NCBI RefSeq assembly: GCF_963921235.1
Contig: NC_086097.1
Location: 90,646,001-90,710,000, forward strand
DNA: 64,000 bases
Source of the DNA: Mobula hypostoma
Lineage: Eukaryota
Direction of reading: 5' to 3'
Position 1 is the first letter of the stretch. Each line of letters begins with the position of its first letter. Below, in pieces: positions 1 through 13,387 of this stretch. The notes under the pieces were generated by a model that saw only the letters and a program-made list of their open reading frames with translations, was not told the DNA's origin and did no database searches. A program made the position numbers and the translations under genes.

Positions 1-410
1 GCTTTTACAGTCCGTTTTTATGTTCTCTGCCAGTTTTCTCTCATAATCTTTTTTCCCCTTCCTAATTAAGCCCTTTGTCCTCCTCTGCTGAACTCTGAAT
101 TCCTCCCAGTCCTCAGGTGAGCCACTTTCTCTGGCTAATTTGTATGCTTCTTCTTTGGAATTGATACTATCCCTAATTTCTCTTGTCAGCCACGGGTGCA
201 CTACCTTCCTTGATTTATTCTTTTGCCAAACTGGGATGAACAATTGTTGTAGTTCATCCATGCAACCTATAAATGCTTGCCATTGCATATCCACCGTCAA
301 TCCTTTAAGTGTCATTTGCCAGTCTATCTTAGCTAATTCACGTCTCATACCTTCAAAGTTCCCCTTCTTTAAGTTCAGAACCTTTGTTTCTGAATTAACT
401 ATGTCACTCT
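1..410 (-). mobile_element. CR1 LINE ORF2 fragment (5'-truncated, continues beyond window start)
   Basis: About 12 differences in 410 nt (by eye) versus 47695-48104 of the CR1 at 46088-50262. Similarity stops abruptly at ~410. Confidence 0.9.
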
Positions 411-1084
411 ATTCATTGGGTAAAGAAGATTTTTGTCATTTAGTCAGTCTATATTTTTGTCTCCACCTTTAAGTCCATTTCTGCCCCTCCGCCCACTGTT
501 CTCTGGCTCATTTGCAATGGGAATAGCTTCCCTTCGTATAATTTAGTTGTGATCTTATAGAACCTTACCAGCTCTTCTCTCAGTCTCCTTTGCTCCAAAG
601 CAAACATTTCCAGCTGTATCTCCAGTCTAACCTTACAGGTGAATTCCCTTTTCCCCGAAACCATCCTGGTAAGCCTCTTCCTTCAGTTTCCGGCTCAGTG
701 TAAGAAGGTTATGAAGAGACTTGGAGTTTCCATTAACTATCAAAACCCAAACTGAGGGCTATACCTTGTATTGCCTTCAGCTTCAAGTTTTCTATTCAAG
801 AATTTACCTTGCAACAGCAGTAAGAGAGGGAGCAGAGGTAGTGAAAAGAATGGATAGTGAGAAACTTTTCCCTGTAATAGAGATGCTTAAAACGGGAGGA
901 TTTAAGTTTTGGGTGAGGTTAGAGGGGATTTAAAGAAAAGGTTTTTCATCCAAAGGTGGCTGCAGTCTGCAGTGCATCTCCTGAGAAGATGGTGGCGGCA
1001 AGTACTCTCATAATTTAGATGTAGAGATGAGTGACATAGAAGGCTACATACCAAGTGCTGGTAAATGGTACTTTGTAAATGGCT

Positions 1085-1400
1085 GGTAATTCTTACCCCT
1101 TCTCCTCACTTGCCAATCACCTTCCCCTGGTGCTCCCCCTTCTTTCCTTTCTTCCATCGTCCCCTCTCTTTTCCTATCAGATTCCTTCTTCTGCAGCCCT
1201 TTACCTTTCCCACTCACCTGCTACACCTATCACCATCTAGGTAGTCCTCCTTCCCCTCCTCCCGTCTTGTTATTCTGGCATCTCCCCTCTACCTTCCCAG
1301 TACTGAAGAAGGGTCTCGGCCTGAAATGTCGACTGCTTATTCATTTCCATAGATGCTGCCTGACCTGCTGCGTTCCTCCTGCAATTTATGTGTGCTGCTC
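1085..1400 (+). mobile_element. Penelope-like element 3' end / pseudo-LTR relic
   Basis: Pyrimidine-rich tract, then a hammerhead-like core, then the tail GATGCTGCCTGACCTGCTG that recurs at ~13.5, 13.9, 31.4 and 59.3 kb. Confidence 0.65.
1298..1335 (+). ncRNA. Minimal type I hammerhead ribozyme motif (Penelope-type, slightly degenerate)
   Basis: CAGTA-CTGAAGA-A-GGGTCTCGGCCT-GAAA-TG-TC-GACTG: stem I (CAGT/ACTG), CUGANGA box, stem II, GAAA, vestigial stem III and UC cleavage site. Confidence 0.6.
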
Positions 1401-1769
1401 TGGGGTTAGTATAGATGGTCGGCATCGATATGTTGGGCCGGAGGGTCATTTTCTGTGCTGCATGGCTCTGTTTCTATACCAAGTGGAGCCTGTTGGAAAC
1501 ATACTCACATTTCCCTTTGAGAACACAATGCAAGAAATGGTCCTTCAGCAGATTGCCAGCAGTGCAAAATGTAGAGCTGCCTAGCAGTGGTGCCAGCTGT
1601 CAATTAGTTTCTACAGTCCCAAAGCAATCTGTGGTCAGGCATTCTGATTATGATGTGCATTGCTACATTTCATTCAAGTTAATCATTTATACGGTGATCG
1701 GCTTTCACTGCGTTACCCCTTGTGATTTAAGGTCCAAATCAACAGAATAATTAACAAAATTCTTTTGGT

Positions 1770-2280
1770 TGGTTCTAGAATGTTTTGAGCAGCAGGAAAG
1801 ATGTAAATAAAGTTGAAAGGCTACAGAGAAAATTTACAAAGATGTTGCTGGGACTGATAAGTTATAAGGAAAGATGGAATAGGTTAGGACTTTATTCTTT
1901 GGAGCATTGAAGATTGAGGGGAAATTTGATGGAAGTATACACAATTATGAGAGGTATTGATAAGGTAAATGCAAGCAGGCTTTTTCCACTGAGGTTGAGT
2001 GGGACTATAACTAGAGGTCAAGGGTGAAAGGTGAAAAGTTTGTGAGGAGAAACCTCTTCATACAGAGGGTCGTGAGAGGGTGGAACGAGCTACCAGTGCA
2101 AGTGTTGCATGTGAGCTTGATTTTAACGTATAAGATAAATTTGCTTCGGTACATGGATGGTAGGGGTATGGGGGGCTATGGTCCCAGCGCAGATCGATGA
2201 GCAAAGGCAGTTTAAATGGTTCAGCACAGACTAGATGGGCTGAAGGCCTGCTCCTGTGTTGTTTTTTCTATGACTATGAA
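1770..2280 (+). mobile_element. CR1 LINE 3' fragment, degenerate
   Basis: Similar to the CR1 ORF2 C-terminus and 3' UTR at 35330-35860 (AATAGGTTAGGACTTTATTC). Ends in a CTATGA repeat tail. Confidence 0.8.
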
Positions 2281-4845
2281 TTTAGGTTGTGGGAGTGTCA
2301 ACCATTGCTGAACAAATGGCACCCTTCACCTCTCTCGCCATGCCTTCAGAACTGTTCTCTTTCAGACCTCTCAAATAGAAATAAAAGATCACAAGGCATC
2401 ACTCAAATATTCAGGAAGTCTCTCCAGTGTTCTAAGACTAATTATCTTAAATAAGGTACTTAATCAGCCATCCCTGATGTCTTTGTGGCATTCCAATGTC
2501 AGGGCTGTGGAATATTGAATAATTTCACAGGTTGTACCAATTGATGCCAATGTTACAAGTCACCAAGTACAGGAAAGTGGAAAGTAAGCAACACACTAGA
2601 AGTCCGAAACACAATGTACAACCTGGGCCGAATTATATGACCACTGCAAGCAGATCTGTTGGCATTCCACAATTGTGCTTGTTAGGTAACAAAGAGGCTG
2701 ATGATTATGCCGTGATCATTACATGGAAGAGGGTATTGTTCATGAGGACCGTTCTTCATCGTCAAACCTGTGTCACCACGAAGGACAGTGGCAGCAGACA
2801 CACAGAAAATGGGAGTACCTCTCTACTTTCATTGTCACTGCTCTGAGATGCCAGGATACCTACCTAAGAGCATTGTAAAAGCATTGCCTTTCCATGCACT
2901 GTGCCCTTCAATACCATCTTCTCAAGTGGAATGCAGGATAGGTAATCAGTATTGACGTTACCTCCAACACTCACCTCCTGTAATCTACCAGCACCTCTTT
3001 CAATTAACATAAAAAGAATATTAGATTAGGCAGGATACCATGGAGTCTTTCCACTTTAGCAGTAAACAGAAAATTTGATATAGAAGAAACGCTGAGCTTG
3101 AGTGAATAGTTTGTCTGATGCATTTATACAAATAGGGAGAGATTTGTATGCATTTTCATGTCATATTAGCCAAGCTGTGCTATCAAACAAGGACCCAAAG
3201 AGCAGGGTTCAGAATCAGAAACAAATTCAGGTTTAATATCACTGGCATATGTCATGATATTTGTTGTTTTGCACAGCAGTACATTGCAATACTTAATAAT
3301 AAAAACTATAAATTACAATAAAATATAGATATACACTTATTGAAAAATATATACTGTAAATATAAATGATTTCAATAAGCAGTTCAGAAGAGAGGGATAA
3401 ACAATACCATGGTACTGAAGTAAGTCTTCATGGGTTCATCGTCCATTCGGAAATCTGATGGCAGAGTGGAAGAAGCTGTTCCTGAAACATTGAGTGTGTG
3501 TCTCCAGGCTGCTGTAGCTCCTTGCTGATGATTGTCATGAGAAGAGGATATGTTTTGAGTGACGGGGGTCCTTAATGATGACTACCACCTTCCTGAGGTA
3601 TTGCTTTTTGAAGGTATTCTGAATTCTGGGGAGGCTAGTGCACACGATGGAACTAGCTGAGTTTGCAACTTTCTTCAGCTTGTGCTGTGGCTCCTTTATA
3701 ATCAAATTCCTGATGAAATATAGCTGATGTCATGCCTTTTTTGTAATTGACTCAATGTGCTGGTCCCAGGATAGGTCCTCAGAGGTGTTGATACCCAGGA
3801 ACCTGAAGCTGCTCACCCTTTCCCCTTCTGATCCCTCGATGAGGACTGGTGTGTGTTCCCTCATCTTATCCTTCCTGAAATGTACAATTAATTCCTTGGT
3901 CTCACTGATGCTGTGTGCAAGGATGTTGCTGCAATACCACTCAATCAGCTAATCTATGTCATTTCTGTACGCCTCCTCATCACCATCTGAAATCCTGCCA
4001 ACAATAGTTGTGTTGTCAGCAAATTTATAGATAGCATTTGAGCCTTGCCTAGCCATGCAATCGTGCGTGTAGAGAGAGTAGAGCAGTGGGCTAAGCACTC
4101 AACCTTGAGATGCTCCAGTTTTGATTGTCAGCAAGGAGGAGATGCTATTTCCGATATGAACAGACCGCAGTCTCCAAATGAGAAAGTCAAGGATCGAGTT
4201 GCAGAAGGAGGTACAGAGGCTCAGGTTTTGGAGCCTGTTGATTAGAACTGAGGGTATGATTTTGTTGAACACTGAGCTATAGTCAATAAACAGAAGGCTG
4301 ATGTAGGTGTTACTATTGTCCAGGTGAATTAAGGCCGAGTGGAGGACGAGTGAGTTTGCATCCACTGTAGAGCTATTGTGACGATGGGCAAATTGCAGCA
4401 GGTCTAGGCCCTTGCTTGGGCAGGAGTTGATTCTAGCCCTGAACAACTACTCAAAGTGCTTCACAGTAGATGTGAGTGCCATTGGGTGACAGTGGTTGAG
4501 GCAGCTCACCCTGTTCTTCTTGGGCACTGGCATGATTGTCACCCTTTTGAAGCAGTGCGAGATTGAAAATGTGCAGTGCAAGATTGATAGATGTTCCAAC
4601 CAGTTAATTGGCACAGGTTTTCAGAGCCATACCAGGCACACCATCAGGGCTTGATGCTTTACAAAGGGTCACCCTCTTGAAAGATGTTCTGATGTTGGCC
4701 TCCAAGGCAGAGGTCACAAGTCACTGGATTCGCTCAGGTTTAGTTTTATTTTCCCTTTCAAATCATGCATAAAATGGATTGAGCACATCTGGGATTGAGC
4801 ATCATAACTACTCATGATGTTAGCGACTGATGGCTGGCAATATTG

Positions 4846-5886
4846 AGGAGGAGCTAAGCAGACAATGGCAACTAACTCCTTTGCATGCATCTTCGGAAAC
4901 AGCTCTATTTTTTTTACCGCGCCCATGGTCTGCCCTTATCAAATTATGGTATTGCTTTGCACTGTTGTAACTATATGTTATAATTATGTGGTTTTTGTCA
5001 GTTTTAGTCTAGGTCTGTCTTGTGTTTCTGTGATATCATACCAGAGGAACATTGTATCATTTTTTAATGCATGCATTTCTAAATGGCAATAAACGAGGAC
5101 TGAGTGTCCTCATAATCTAATCTAATTTCTACCTTTAATATCTCTATTTTCCCTTTTCAGGGCTCTTTTGAAGACCTTGACCTGGAGTTACACGCTGACT
5201 TTGGTTCTTTGTGGGAATGGGACCTGCTCTCGGGGTCTCACGACTGGCCATTATTCGATATATCAAGGACGCGGCCTAGAAGACTAGCTCACCTTCAGAG
5301 TTCCGGAATTTCGTGGCTCTGGAGGTGGGCAGACTCGAGGTTGGTGCCTCTGCAGGGATTCAGTGTGTGATGGGAGTACACGGAAGATCGAAAGCAGCAA
5401 GCTGGCTGCTGGTTGCATGCATAGAAACCCGAGTTCTTTGGGCACAGAGCTCGGAAAAAGCGACACAACAGACTTTTAACATCGTAATCAATGAGCTGTT
5501 TGTTATGTCTCCAATCTCGCTGTGAAATGGGGACTCTTCTTTTTCCCTTATTAGGGAAAGAGAGAGCCTGTGGTATGTCGAATTACTGGGTGAATGAGTA
5601 GTCTTTGGGGTACCGCAAGTCTGTGTCTTTATTGATGGTTTGCTGCATGCTTGAGTGCTCAGTGGAGGGCGCTGATGGTTTTTTTGCTGGTGGGGGAGGG
5701 CGGATTGTTGCTTCACTGCTTATGCATGGGAGGGGAGCAGGGGGGCTTTGGAGTTCTAACATTTAACTGTCATTCTTTCTTTGGGGCACTCCTCTGTTTT
5801 AGTGGATGTTTGTGAAGAAAAAGCATTTCAGGATGTATATTGTATACATTTCTCTAACATTAAATGTACCTTTGAAACCTTTGAAA
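4846..5886 (+). mobile_element. Non-coding ~0.8-kb retroposon-like insertion inside the Rex1 element
   Basis: Interrupts Rex1 colinearity, has no credible ORF, and ends with ATTAAA followed by a (CCTTTGAAA)2 tail. Confidence 0.5.
4905..5125 (+). mobile_element. 5'-truncated copy of the ~630-bp non-coding retroposon
   Basis: Matches 24695-24907 and ends GAGGACTGAGTGTCCTCATAATCTAATCTAA. Confidence 0.85.
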
Positions 5887-6840
5887 CACTGTCAGAGCTG
5901 ATGTGCTTCTGATTCTGACTCTAATGTTAATCAGAATTGTTTCTTTGACCTTAGAATAGCTTTCCATAGGTCACACCTGAACTTCATGTAAAGTTCTGGA
6001 TCGCTGGTCTTGAATGCCACAGGTCCAGCCCTCAGCAGATTATAAATTTTCTGGTTCATCCATGGCTTTTGGTTTGGGTATGTCTGGGATGTTCTTGAAG
6101 ACACACTCATCCACACAGGTCTTAATGAAGTTGGTGACAACTGTGGTGTATTCATTCAGATTTGAAGATGAATACCTGAATATTGTCCAGTCCACCGACT
6201 CAAAGCAGACCTGTAAATGCTCCTATGTCTATTCTGACCATAGCTTCTTGGCCCTCACCACTGGTACTGCAGTCTTTAGTCTCTGCCTATACTCTGGGAG
6301 TAGAAGTACAGCTAGGTGAGTATGGGATGGCAAGATAAGTGTTCTTGAAGGAGGTATAACAGAGATCAAGTGATGGCTGCTCTGGTTCCATGGCTGATAT
6401 GTTGATGGTAGTTGGTCAGAGGCTTCTTCAAGCTGGCCTGGGTGAAATCTCCAGCACTGAAAGGGAAGGCATCAGGGTGCACAGATTCGTGTCTGCTGAT
6501 TACACTGCTCAGCTCCCCCAGTGCCTGCCTGACAATGGCCAGAGGTGGAATATACACTGCTACCAGAAAACTCCCACTGTTGATAAAATGGACGACATTT
6601 GACCGTTGGATGTTCCAGAGTGGGTGAGCAGGACAGGTACGGTCTGTGCACTGCAATGAGTTAATTATAAATTATACTTCACCTTCTCTGCCATTAAAAG
6701 ACTGAGCTGCCCTGTCTCTGCAGAGAATGGCAAAGCCATTGGGCTGCAGCTCTGCATCCAAACTTGCCAGTGTGTGCCATGTTTCAGTAAAGCAGAGTAC
6801 ACAGAAGTCCTTGATATCCCTCTGGTACTTCAGTCTTACA

Positions 6841-7242
6841 GAACATAGAACATAGAACTTAGACTAGTACAGGCCCTTCGGCTCAGAATGTTGTGCCAAC
6901 CCTCAAACCCTGTCTCCCATATAAGCCCCCACCTTAAATTCCTCCATATACCTGTCTAGTGGTCTCTTAAACTTCACTAGTGTATCTGCCTCCACCACTG
7001 ACTCAGGCAGTGCACTCCACGCACCAACCACTCTCAGAGTCAAAAACCTTCCTCTTAAATCCCCCTTGAACTTCCCACCCCTTACCTTAAAGCCATGTCC
7101 TCTTGTATTGAGCAGTGGTGCCCTGGGGAAGAGGCGCTGGCTATCCACTCTATCTATTCCTCTTATTATCTTGTACACCTCTATCATGTCTCCTCTCATC
7201 CTCCTTCTCTCCAAAGAGTAAAGCCCTAGCTCCCTTAATCTT
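6841..7242 (-). mobile_element. CR1 LINE 3' end fragment
   Basis: ORF 6903-7214 reads ERRRMRGDMIEVYKI..TRGHGFKV, with a (TTCTATG)n tail at ~6841. Same subfamily as the split copy at 33055-36042. Confidence 0.9.
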
Positions 7243-7902
7243 TCTCTTCACCCACAGTCTTGCTCTGAAGTCTTTGATTTTATTTTCCAGAGTCCGTACA
7301 TTTTCCAGCAGGACGGTTGGGAGTGGAAGTCTCAGGCCTCTGCATTTCAATTGTACCTGTATACTGGCGTGGCGTTCTGCTTTCTTAAAGGGGAAATGCA
7401 CTCCCAACCCAAGTCTGCCATCCTCAGTTCGTCGATTTTGGCTACCTATATATATTTTTTTAAAATGTTGCTTACTGAAGTAGCCGTGTCTGTAGTTGTG
7501 GATTTCAGCTGTCGTAGCCCTAAACAGGAATATTTGATGATTCCCATTGGAGCTGCTCATCAAGTGCAGCCACCTAATGGCCCCATCTTACCAGTTAATC
7601 GAATGTGAAAACCTCAAAAGGCCCCTGCTGTCAGTTTATTTATGAAGAGATTTAACCTTAAACTTGCTAATTATTCTCTCTAATAAATCCCCAGCCGAAA
7701 ATGATTTCCCCTCAGTTATATTACTTCTGACAAGCGATCAATGTTTTGTGAATACTTTAATGACACCACTCAGTATGTGTTTCTAATCTTAGCATCACAA
7801 TTCCAGGAGAACCTGTGGATTGTTTCCTTGATAATGATATGAATGATAAATCATTCATTCTTTTAACAGCTGCAATCAATGCATGCAGTGTACATAGAAG
7901 CA

Positions 7903-8458
7903 CACTCAGGGCTCGCTTGATTAGGTGTACCTAATAAAGAGGCCACTGAGTGTGCATTTGAGTTCTTCTGCTGTGGTAGCTCATTCACTTAAGGGTTTGA
8001 CATGTTCTGTGTTCAAAGATGCACTTCTGCACACCACTGATGTAATGCATGGTTATTTGGGTTACTGTTGCTTTCCTGTTTGCTTGAACCACTGGCCAAT
8101 CTCTTCTGACCTTTATCATTAACAAGGAGTTTTCGCCCACGGAACTGCTGCTCACTGGATGTTTTTTTTTGCACCATTCTCTGCCAACTCTAGAGATGGT
8201 TGTACATGAAAATCCCAGCAGATCAGCAGTTTCTGAGATACTCAAACCACCCTGTCTGGCGCCCACAATCACTTCATAGTCAAAGTAACTGAGATCACGT
8301 TTCTCCCCCATTCTGATCTTTGGTCAGAACAACAACTGAACTTCTTGACCATGTCTGCACACTTCTGTGCATTGAGTTGCTGCTAAATGATTGGCTGATT
8401 AGATATTTACATTAATGAGCAGGTGCACAGGTGTAACTAATAAAATGGCCACTCAGTG
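7903..8458 (-). mobile_element. Tc1/mariner non-autonomous deletion derivative
   Basis: TIR-like ends (CACTCAG.. / ..TAATAAAATGGCCACTCAGTG followed by TA). Internal ORF 7985-8311 MGEKRDLS..IVGARQGGLSISETADLLGFS.TTISRV resembles a Tc1 transposase N-terminal HTH. Confidence 0.8.
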
Positions 8459-8459
8459 T

Positions 8460-10130
8460 AAACATACATATGTGCACACATGCATACCTTTGTTTAAACA
8501 TGTATACCTTAAATGCAGGTATATGCATGTGTTTATCTACATGGGTACATTCATGACTATACATGCACCCATTTGTGTTTCTATGATTAGATTAGATTAG
8601 ATTCAACTTTATTGTCATTGTGCCGAGTACAGATACAAAGCCAATGAAATGCAGTTAGCATCTGACCAGAAATGCAAAGAATAGTGTTTTTTACAAAATA
8701 ACTGTGAATAAAAAGTAAGTGCTACAGCACACAAATATAAAAGTACTGAGACAGTACAATATGGGTGCAATACTGCTTAGCATTGTGATGTGAGATTCAG
8801 CAGGGTCACAGCCTCAGGGAAGAAGCTTTTCCTGTGCCTGCTGGTGCGGGAGCGGAGGCTCCTGTAGCGCCTACCGGATGGGAGGAGAGTAAAAAGTCCA
8901 TGGTTAGGGTGAGATGCATCCTTGATAATGCTTTTCGTCCTGTCCAGGCAGCGTTTATGGTAGATGTTCTCAATGGTGGGCAATTGGGTGCCAATAATCC
9001 GCTGGGCAGTTTTCACCACACACTGGAGTGCTTTGCAGTCCAATACAGGACAATTGCCATACCACACTGAGATGTAGTTGGTGAGTATGCTCTCAATGGT
9101 ACAACGGTAAAAGTTCGTCAGTATCCTGGGACAGAGGTGAGCTTTCTTGATGCTCTGCAGGAAATAAAGGCGATGTTGGGCTTTTTTGACCAGGATGGAG
9201 GAGTTCAGGGACCAGGTGACATCCTCGGAAATGTGGACACCAAGGAATTTGAAGCTTGCTGCACGCTCCACTACAGCTCCATTGATGTAGATGGGGACGT
9301 GAGTGTGGCTCCTAGCATGCCTGAAGTCCACAATGATCTCCTTGGTCTTCTGGGTGTTAAGGGCCAGGTTGTTGTCGGCACACCATGCGGCCAGGTGCTG
9401 ACCTCGTCCCTGTAGGCCGTCTCGTCATCCCCTCTGATCAGACCAACCACCGTGGTGTCGTCTGCGAACGTGGTTATGGAATTAGAACCACGTACAGGAA
9501 CGCAGTCATAGGTGAAAAGGGAGTACAGAAGAGGGCTCAGCACACAGCCTTGAGGCACGCCGGTGTTCAGGGTGAGAGTGGAGGAGGAGAGGTTGTCCAA
9601 CTTAACTAACTGGGGTCTGTTAGTCAGAAAGTCCAAGGTCCAATTGCAGAGGGATACGCTGATACCAAGCTGGCGAAGTTTGGCAATCAGCTTGGAGGGG
9701 ATCACAGTATTGAATGCCGAACTAAAGTCAATGAGCAGCATTCTGACGTAAGAGTTGGGGCTGTCCAGGTGGGTCAGGGCAGAGTGAAGTGCCGTGGAGA
9801 TGGCGTCCTCTGTTGACCTGTTGGTGCGATAGGCAAATTGATGGGGATCCAAGATAGTAGGCAGACAGGATTTCTATGCTGTAATATATCTGTGTGTGCA
9901 TACATATGCACACATATGTGCACACATTTCTAGGTGGCGGGGTGTATCTTTGTACACATGTATGTGTAGGACTTTGTGTTTGTGCATTGCAAGCATGTGT
10001 ATATTGTGTGAATACGACTACCTGTGTAAGTGCACATGCCCACTCCTTTCTGTAAATATGCGTGTACGATGGCGAGTGCACATATGTGCGCAGGAATTTA
10101 AGTAACTGTGTGCATTTGTATGCAGGTGTT
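8460..10130. repeat. Degenerate (CA/TG/TA) purine-pyrimidine low-complexity tract split by the Rex1 insertion (8460-8585 and 9879-10130)
   Basis: Alternating RY sequence (acatacatatgtgcacacatgc..; tgtgtgtgcatacatatgcacac..) on both sides of the TSD. Confidence 0.7.
8586..9870 (-). mobile_element. Rex1/Babar LINE, 5'-truncated, relatively young
   Basis: RT ORF 9271-9852 ([30 protein letters not shown]) frameshifts into 8777-9331. (TCTAA)n tail and 8-bp TSD TTTCTATG at 8578-8585 and 9871-9878. Confidence 0.92.
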
Positions 10131-11413
10131 GACTAGTGCTTTCCAACCTACATTTCCATCTACTTTATCGCAGGAACCACATGCCAGCGTGACAGTCCCA
10201 TTTCAAATACCGGCCATCTTTGTGGCACACCTGACTAATACGAACAATTTACTTGTGCCTTAAATAATCTTGCGAAAATGCAGATGCTGGAAGTTCAAAA
10301 TAGAACTAGAAATGCTGGAAAGATTCGTTAGGGTCAGGGTGGTTGGCCATACTTTTTTTTTGAGTATTTGCAGCAGATTCTGTTTTGATTCTGTTACTCT
10401 TTCAACTGGAACCTAGATTCAGAGTTATCCAACTGATTGTTAAAAGTACCAGAGATAACAACTCTCTGATTTCATCAAGTGAATATGTCTGCTTTGCTCT
10501 GAATTATTTTGAGAGCTGGAGGAGGAAGTAGAGTGCAGAAAACTCATACAGTAAGTAGCAAACAAGAGCATGAAAAAAATCCACATCTGATGGATAGATA
10601 CCTCAGCACTATAAGAATTTTGTTGCATGGAATTAGGTCCTTTAGCCCAATGAAGCTATCATCATCAACATTTATGTGCCATATCAGGTGGCATGGACAA
10701 TTATGGTTTTCCATCCATCTTTAATCTGAAGACCCCCCCTCACACTGTTGTTCTATTTTTCACCTCTGTACATGACCATTATTGTTCTTGGCAAATTTTT
10801 CTACAGAGGTGGTTTACCATTGACCTTACAAGACAAGTGAGCCCAGCCATTATCAATACCCTTCAGAGATTGTCTGCCCGGCGTCAGTGGTCACATAACC
10901 AGGACATGTGATATGCACCAGCTGCTCATACCTGCCAAACAAGAAAGACCCATTTTCACTATTCACCCTACTTTATTCTTTCCACATTTCCATCACCTCC
11001 CTCCAGATCCTACCACTCACTTACACATTAGGGGAAATTTTCCACGCCAAATAAACTACCAATCTTCACGCCTTTTGAAGATGCGAGGCACATGGAGGAA
11101 ATCAGTCACAGAGAGAATACAATAGCTTCTATCGTACCATTGTAAAACTATTGAATGGTTCTCGAATATTATAAACTGGACTGTTGACCTCACCATCTGC
11201 ATCGTGACATTGCACCTTTTTGTCTGTCTGCACTGCTCTTTCCCTGTAACTAACACCTCATTGTGCAGCTTGTTATTGTGTTACCTTGTACAACCTCAAT
11301 GCACGGATAAATTGATCTGTATGAACAATATGCAAGACAGCTTTTCACAGTACCTTGGTACGTGAGAAAATAATAATAAACCAACCCAACCAATTTATGA
11401 TAATACCAGAGTT

Positions 11414-12045
11414 AGATTATTAGATTAGATTATGAGGACACACAGTCCTCTTTTATTGTCATTTAGCAACGTATGCATTAAAAAATGATACAATATTCCT
11501 CCAGTGTGATATCACAAAAACACAGGACAGACCAAGACTGAAAAACTAACAAAACCCACATAATTATAACATATAGTTACAACAGTGCAACAATACCATA
11601 ACTTGATGAAGAACAGGCCATGGGCACAGTAAAAAAATTCAAAGTCTCTTGAAAGCCCCACATCTCACGCAGACGGGAGAAGGAAGAAAACTCTCCCTGC
11701 CATGCCCGACCACAGTTCAACTCTGAGTCGTCCAAAAACTTCGAGCTCCGATCAGCCCTCCGACACTGAGTACCGAGCAGCATCTCTGCCGAAAGCTTCG
11801 ACCTCAGCTTCGGTCGCCAGCAGCTGGCAAAGCCGAGGATTTTGGGGCCTCCCCTCCGGAGATTCTCGATCGTACAGTAGCAGCGGCAGTGAACCGCGCA
11901 TTTCAGAAATTTCTCCAGATGTTCCTCTGCTTATCACGTCTGTCTCCATCAAATCAGAATTGTGCATGGCATCCTACTTACAAATACGATATCATTTCAC
12001 TGGAGAGCTGCGCGCGCTGTGTCACGCTGCCATCTTCTCCTCCCG
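11414..12045 (-). mobile_element. ~630-bp non-coding retroposon (SINE-like), full length
   Basis: 5' GGAGGAGAAGATGGC, 3' (TCTAA)n tail, and 7-bp TSD CAGAGTT at 11407-11413 and 12046-12052. Homologous to copies at 24.2, 41.4 and 53.0 kb. Confidence 0.88.
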
Positions 12046-13387
12046 CAGAGTTTAGGATTGAACATGGGTTGCTGGAGCTCTTGAGGCAGTGACTTCATTA
12101 ACTTGTCTTTTCCAAATGGTCAGCCTCATTTCTATTACACAGGAGCTCTGCTCTGCACCTCGCTGCTGTCTTCCGACCTCTCCCTGCTATCAGAGGAAAA
12201 CTGGATTAGCCACGATGAAATGGCAGAGCAGACGCGATGGCTTAATTCTGCTCCTATATCTAATGATCTTATTGCCTCATCTCCTCCTGTCAGGATCTGG
12301 CTCTCTCTTTCACCAAAACCTCCTGACTGTGGACACAGCCCCAACAATTGGCAGCTCTATCTCGTGTACAGTAGCTGGATTCTAGCCAATTTGACTAAAT
12401 CCTGTCGTTAAATTCAACAGGAGCTTCACATCCCAGACCTGCTGGCTCAGCCATGCAATAATGCTGTTGCATAAACTCTATAATGCCTCATGAAATTTAA
12501 AATCACAGGAGGTCATCCAGCCCATCGTCCTTGTGCCAACACCCTGATAAAGCTGTTCAATTAGACCCATTCCGCCTCTCTCCTCCATCCCTTGTACTCT
12601 GTAAATTTCATCGCATCAACTTCCGATCCTTTCCCCTCTGAGATTTACAATTGAATTTAACTTACTTGGTTAAAAACATCTCTTCATTGCTCCTTTCCCA
12701 TTTACCAGGGGATTCGTCTGAAAAGAAAGCAACCCTGAGACTTGAGGTGAAACTTCAATCATTGATAGCAAGGACAGTATCTCAGAGAAACCAGGGAAGT
12801 AAACTTGTTGGACTGTTCTGAACGGATGATAGGTATTTTTTTTTGACTTATCTATTTCAGCACTTTGATAAAAACTATTGAGGGTGGTATTCCAATGTCA
12901 ACACCCTGTCTATTGAACACCTGCTCCAGTATAATGCAGATTAGGCTGCAATATGCTGTTCCCAGTGCATCTGATATTCTGTTTGATTAACAACTCCCTT
13001 TTACCTCTCTCAAGTCCATCTAGCCAATGAAGGGGGAATACAAGTGCATTAAAATTCAGATAGCATTTGAGCAGAAGTAGGCCTAGAAAACGAGCAAACT
13101 GGAGAAGTGAAAGGTGGGCAGGGGGAGATACAACATAATTACTCCTGGGAATGGCCCAGGAGTAATGGAAAGATACCCTGTTTCCAAGTAGGAATTCGAA
13201 GCTTCATCAGACTAAAACCGCACCATCTTTTAGACAGCTACAGGAGGAATGTTTAATCCCCTGAAAAAAAATATTGGTACCTTCAAAGACCATCAGAGAA
13301 AAGTAGCAAGAGCTTACAGTCAACATCTCCTGGTTATGCCGTTAACCACAGTTGATCTGACACCAAAATGGAGTGACATGCCTTTCA

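Larger units (their letters stand above)
3208..7560 (-). mobile_element. Rex1/Babar-type LINE, near full length, degenerate and split by nested insertions
   Basis: N-terminal LPLPTVLLENVRTLENK (7150-7563 ORF), endonuclease AVYIPP..AGDFTQASL (6366-6656), KPWMN (5931-6155), RT LFIDYSSVFN..TGASQG (4099-4446), and a TTCTGA-type tail at ~3208-3220. Confidence 0.8.

Noticed and set aside
1..410. Near-identity with 47695-48104 suggesting a segmental duplication
   Set aside because: Similarity is confined to CR1 sequence and stops at a 5'-truncation point, so these are independent insertions of a young subfamily.
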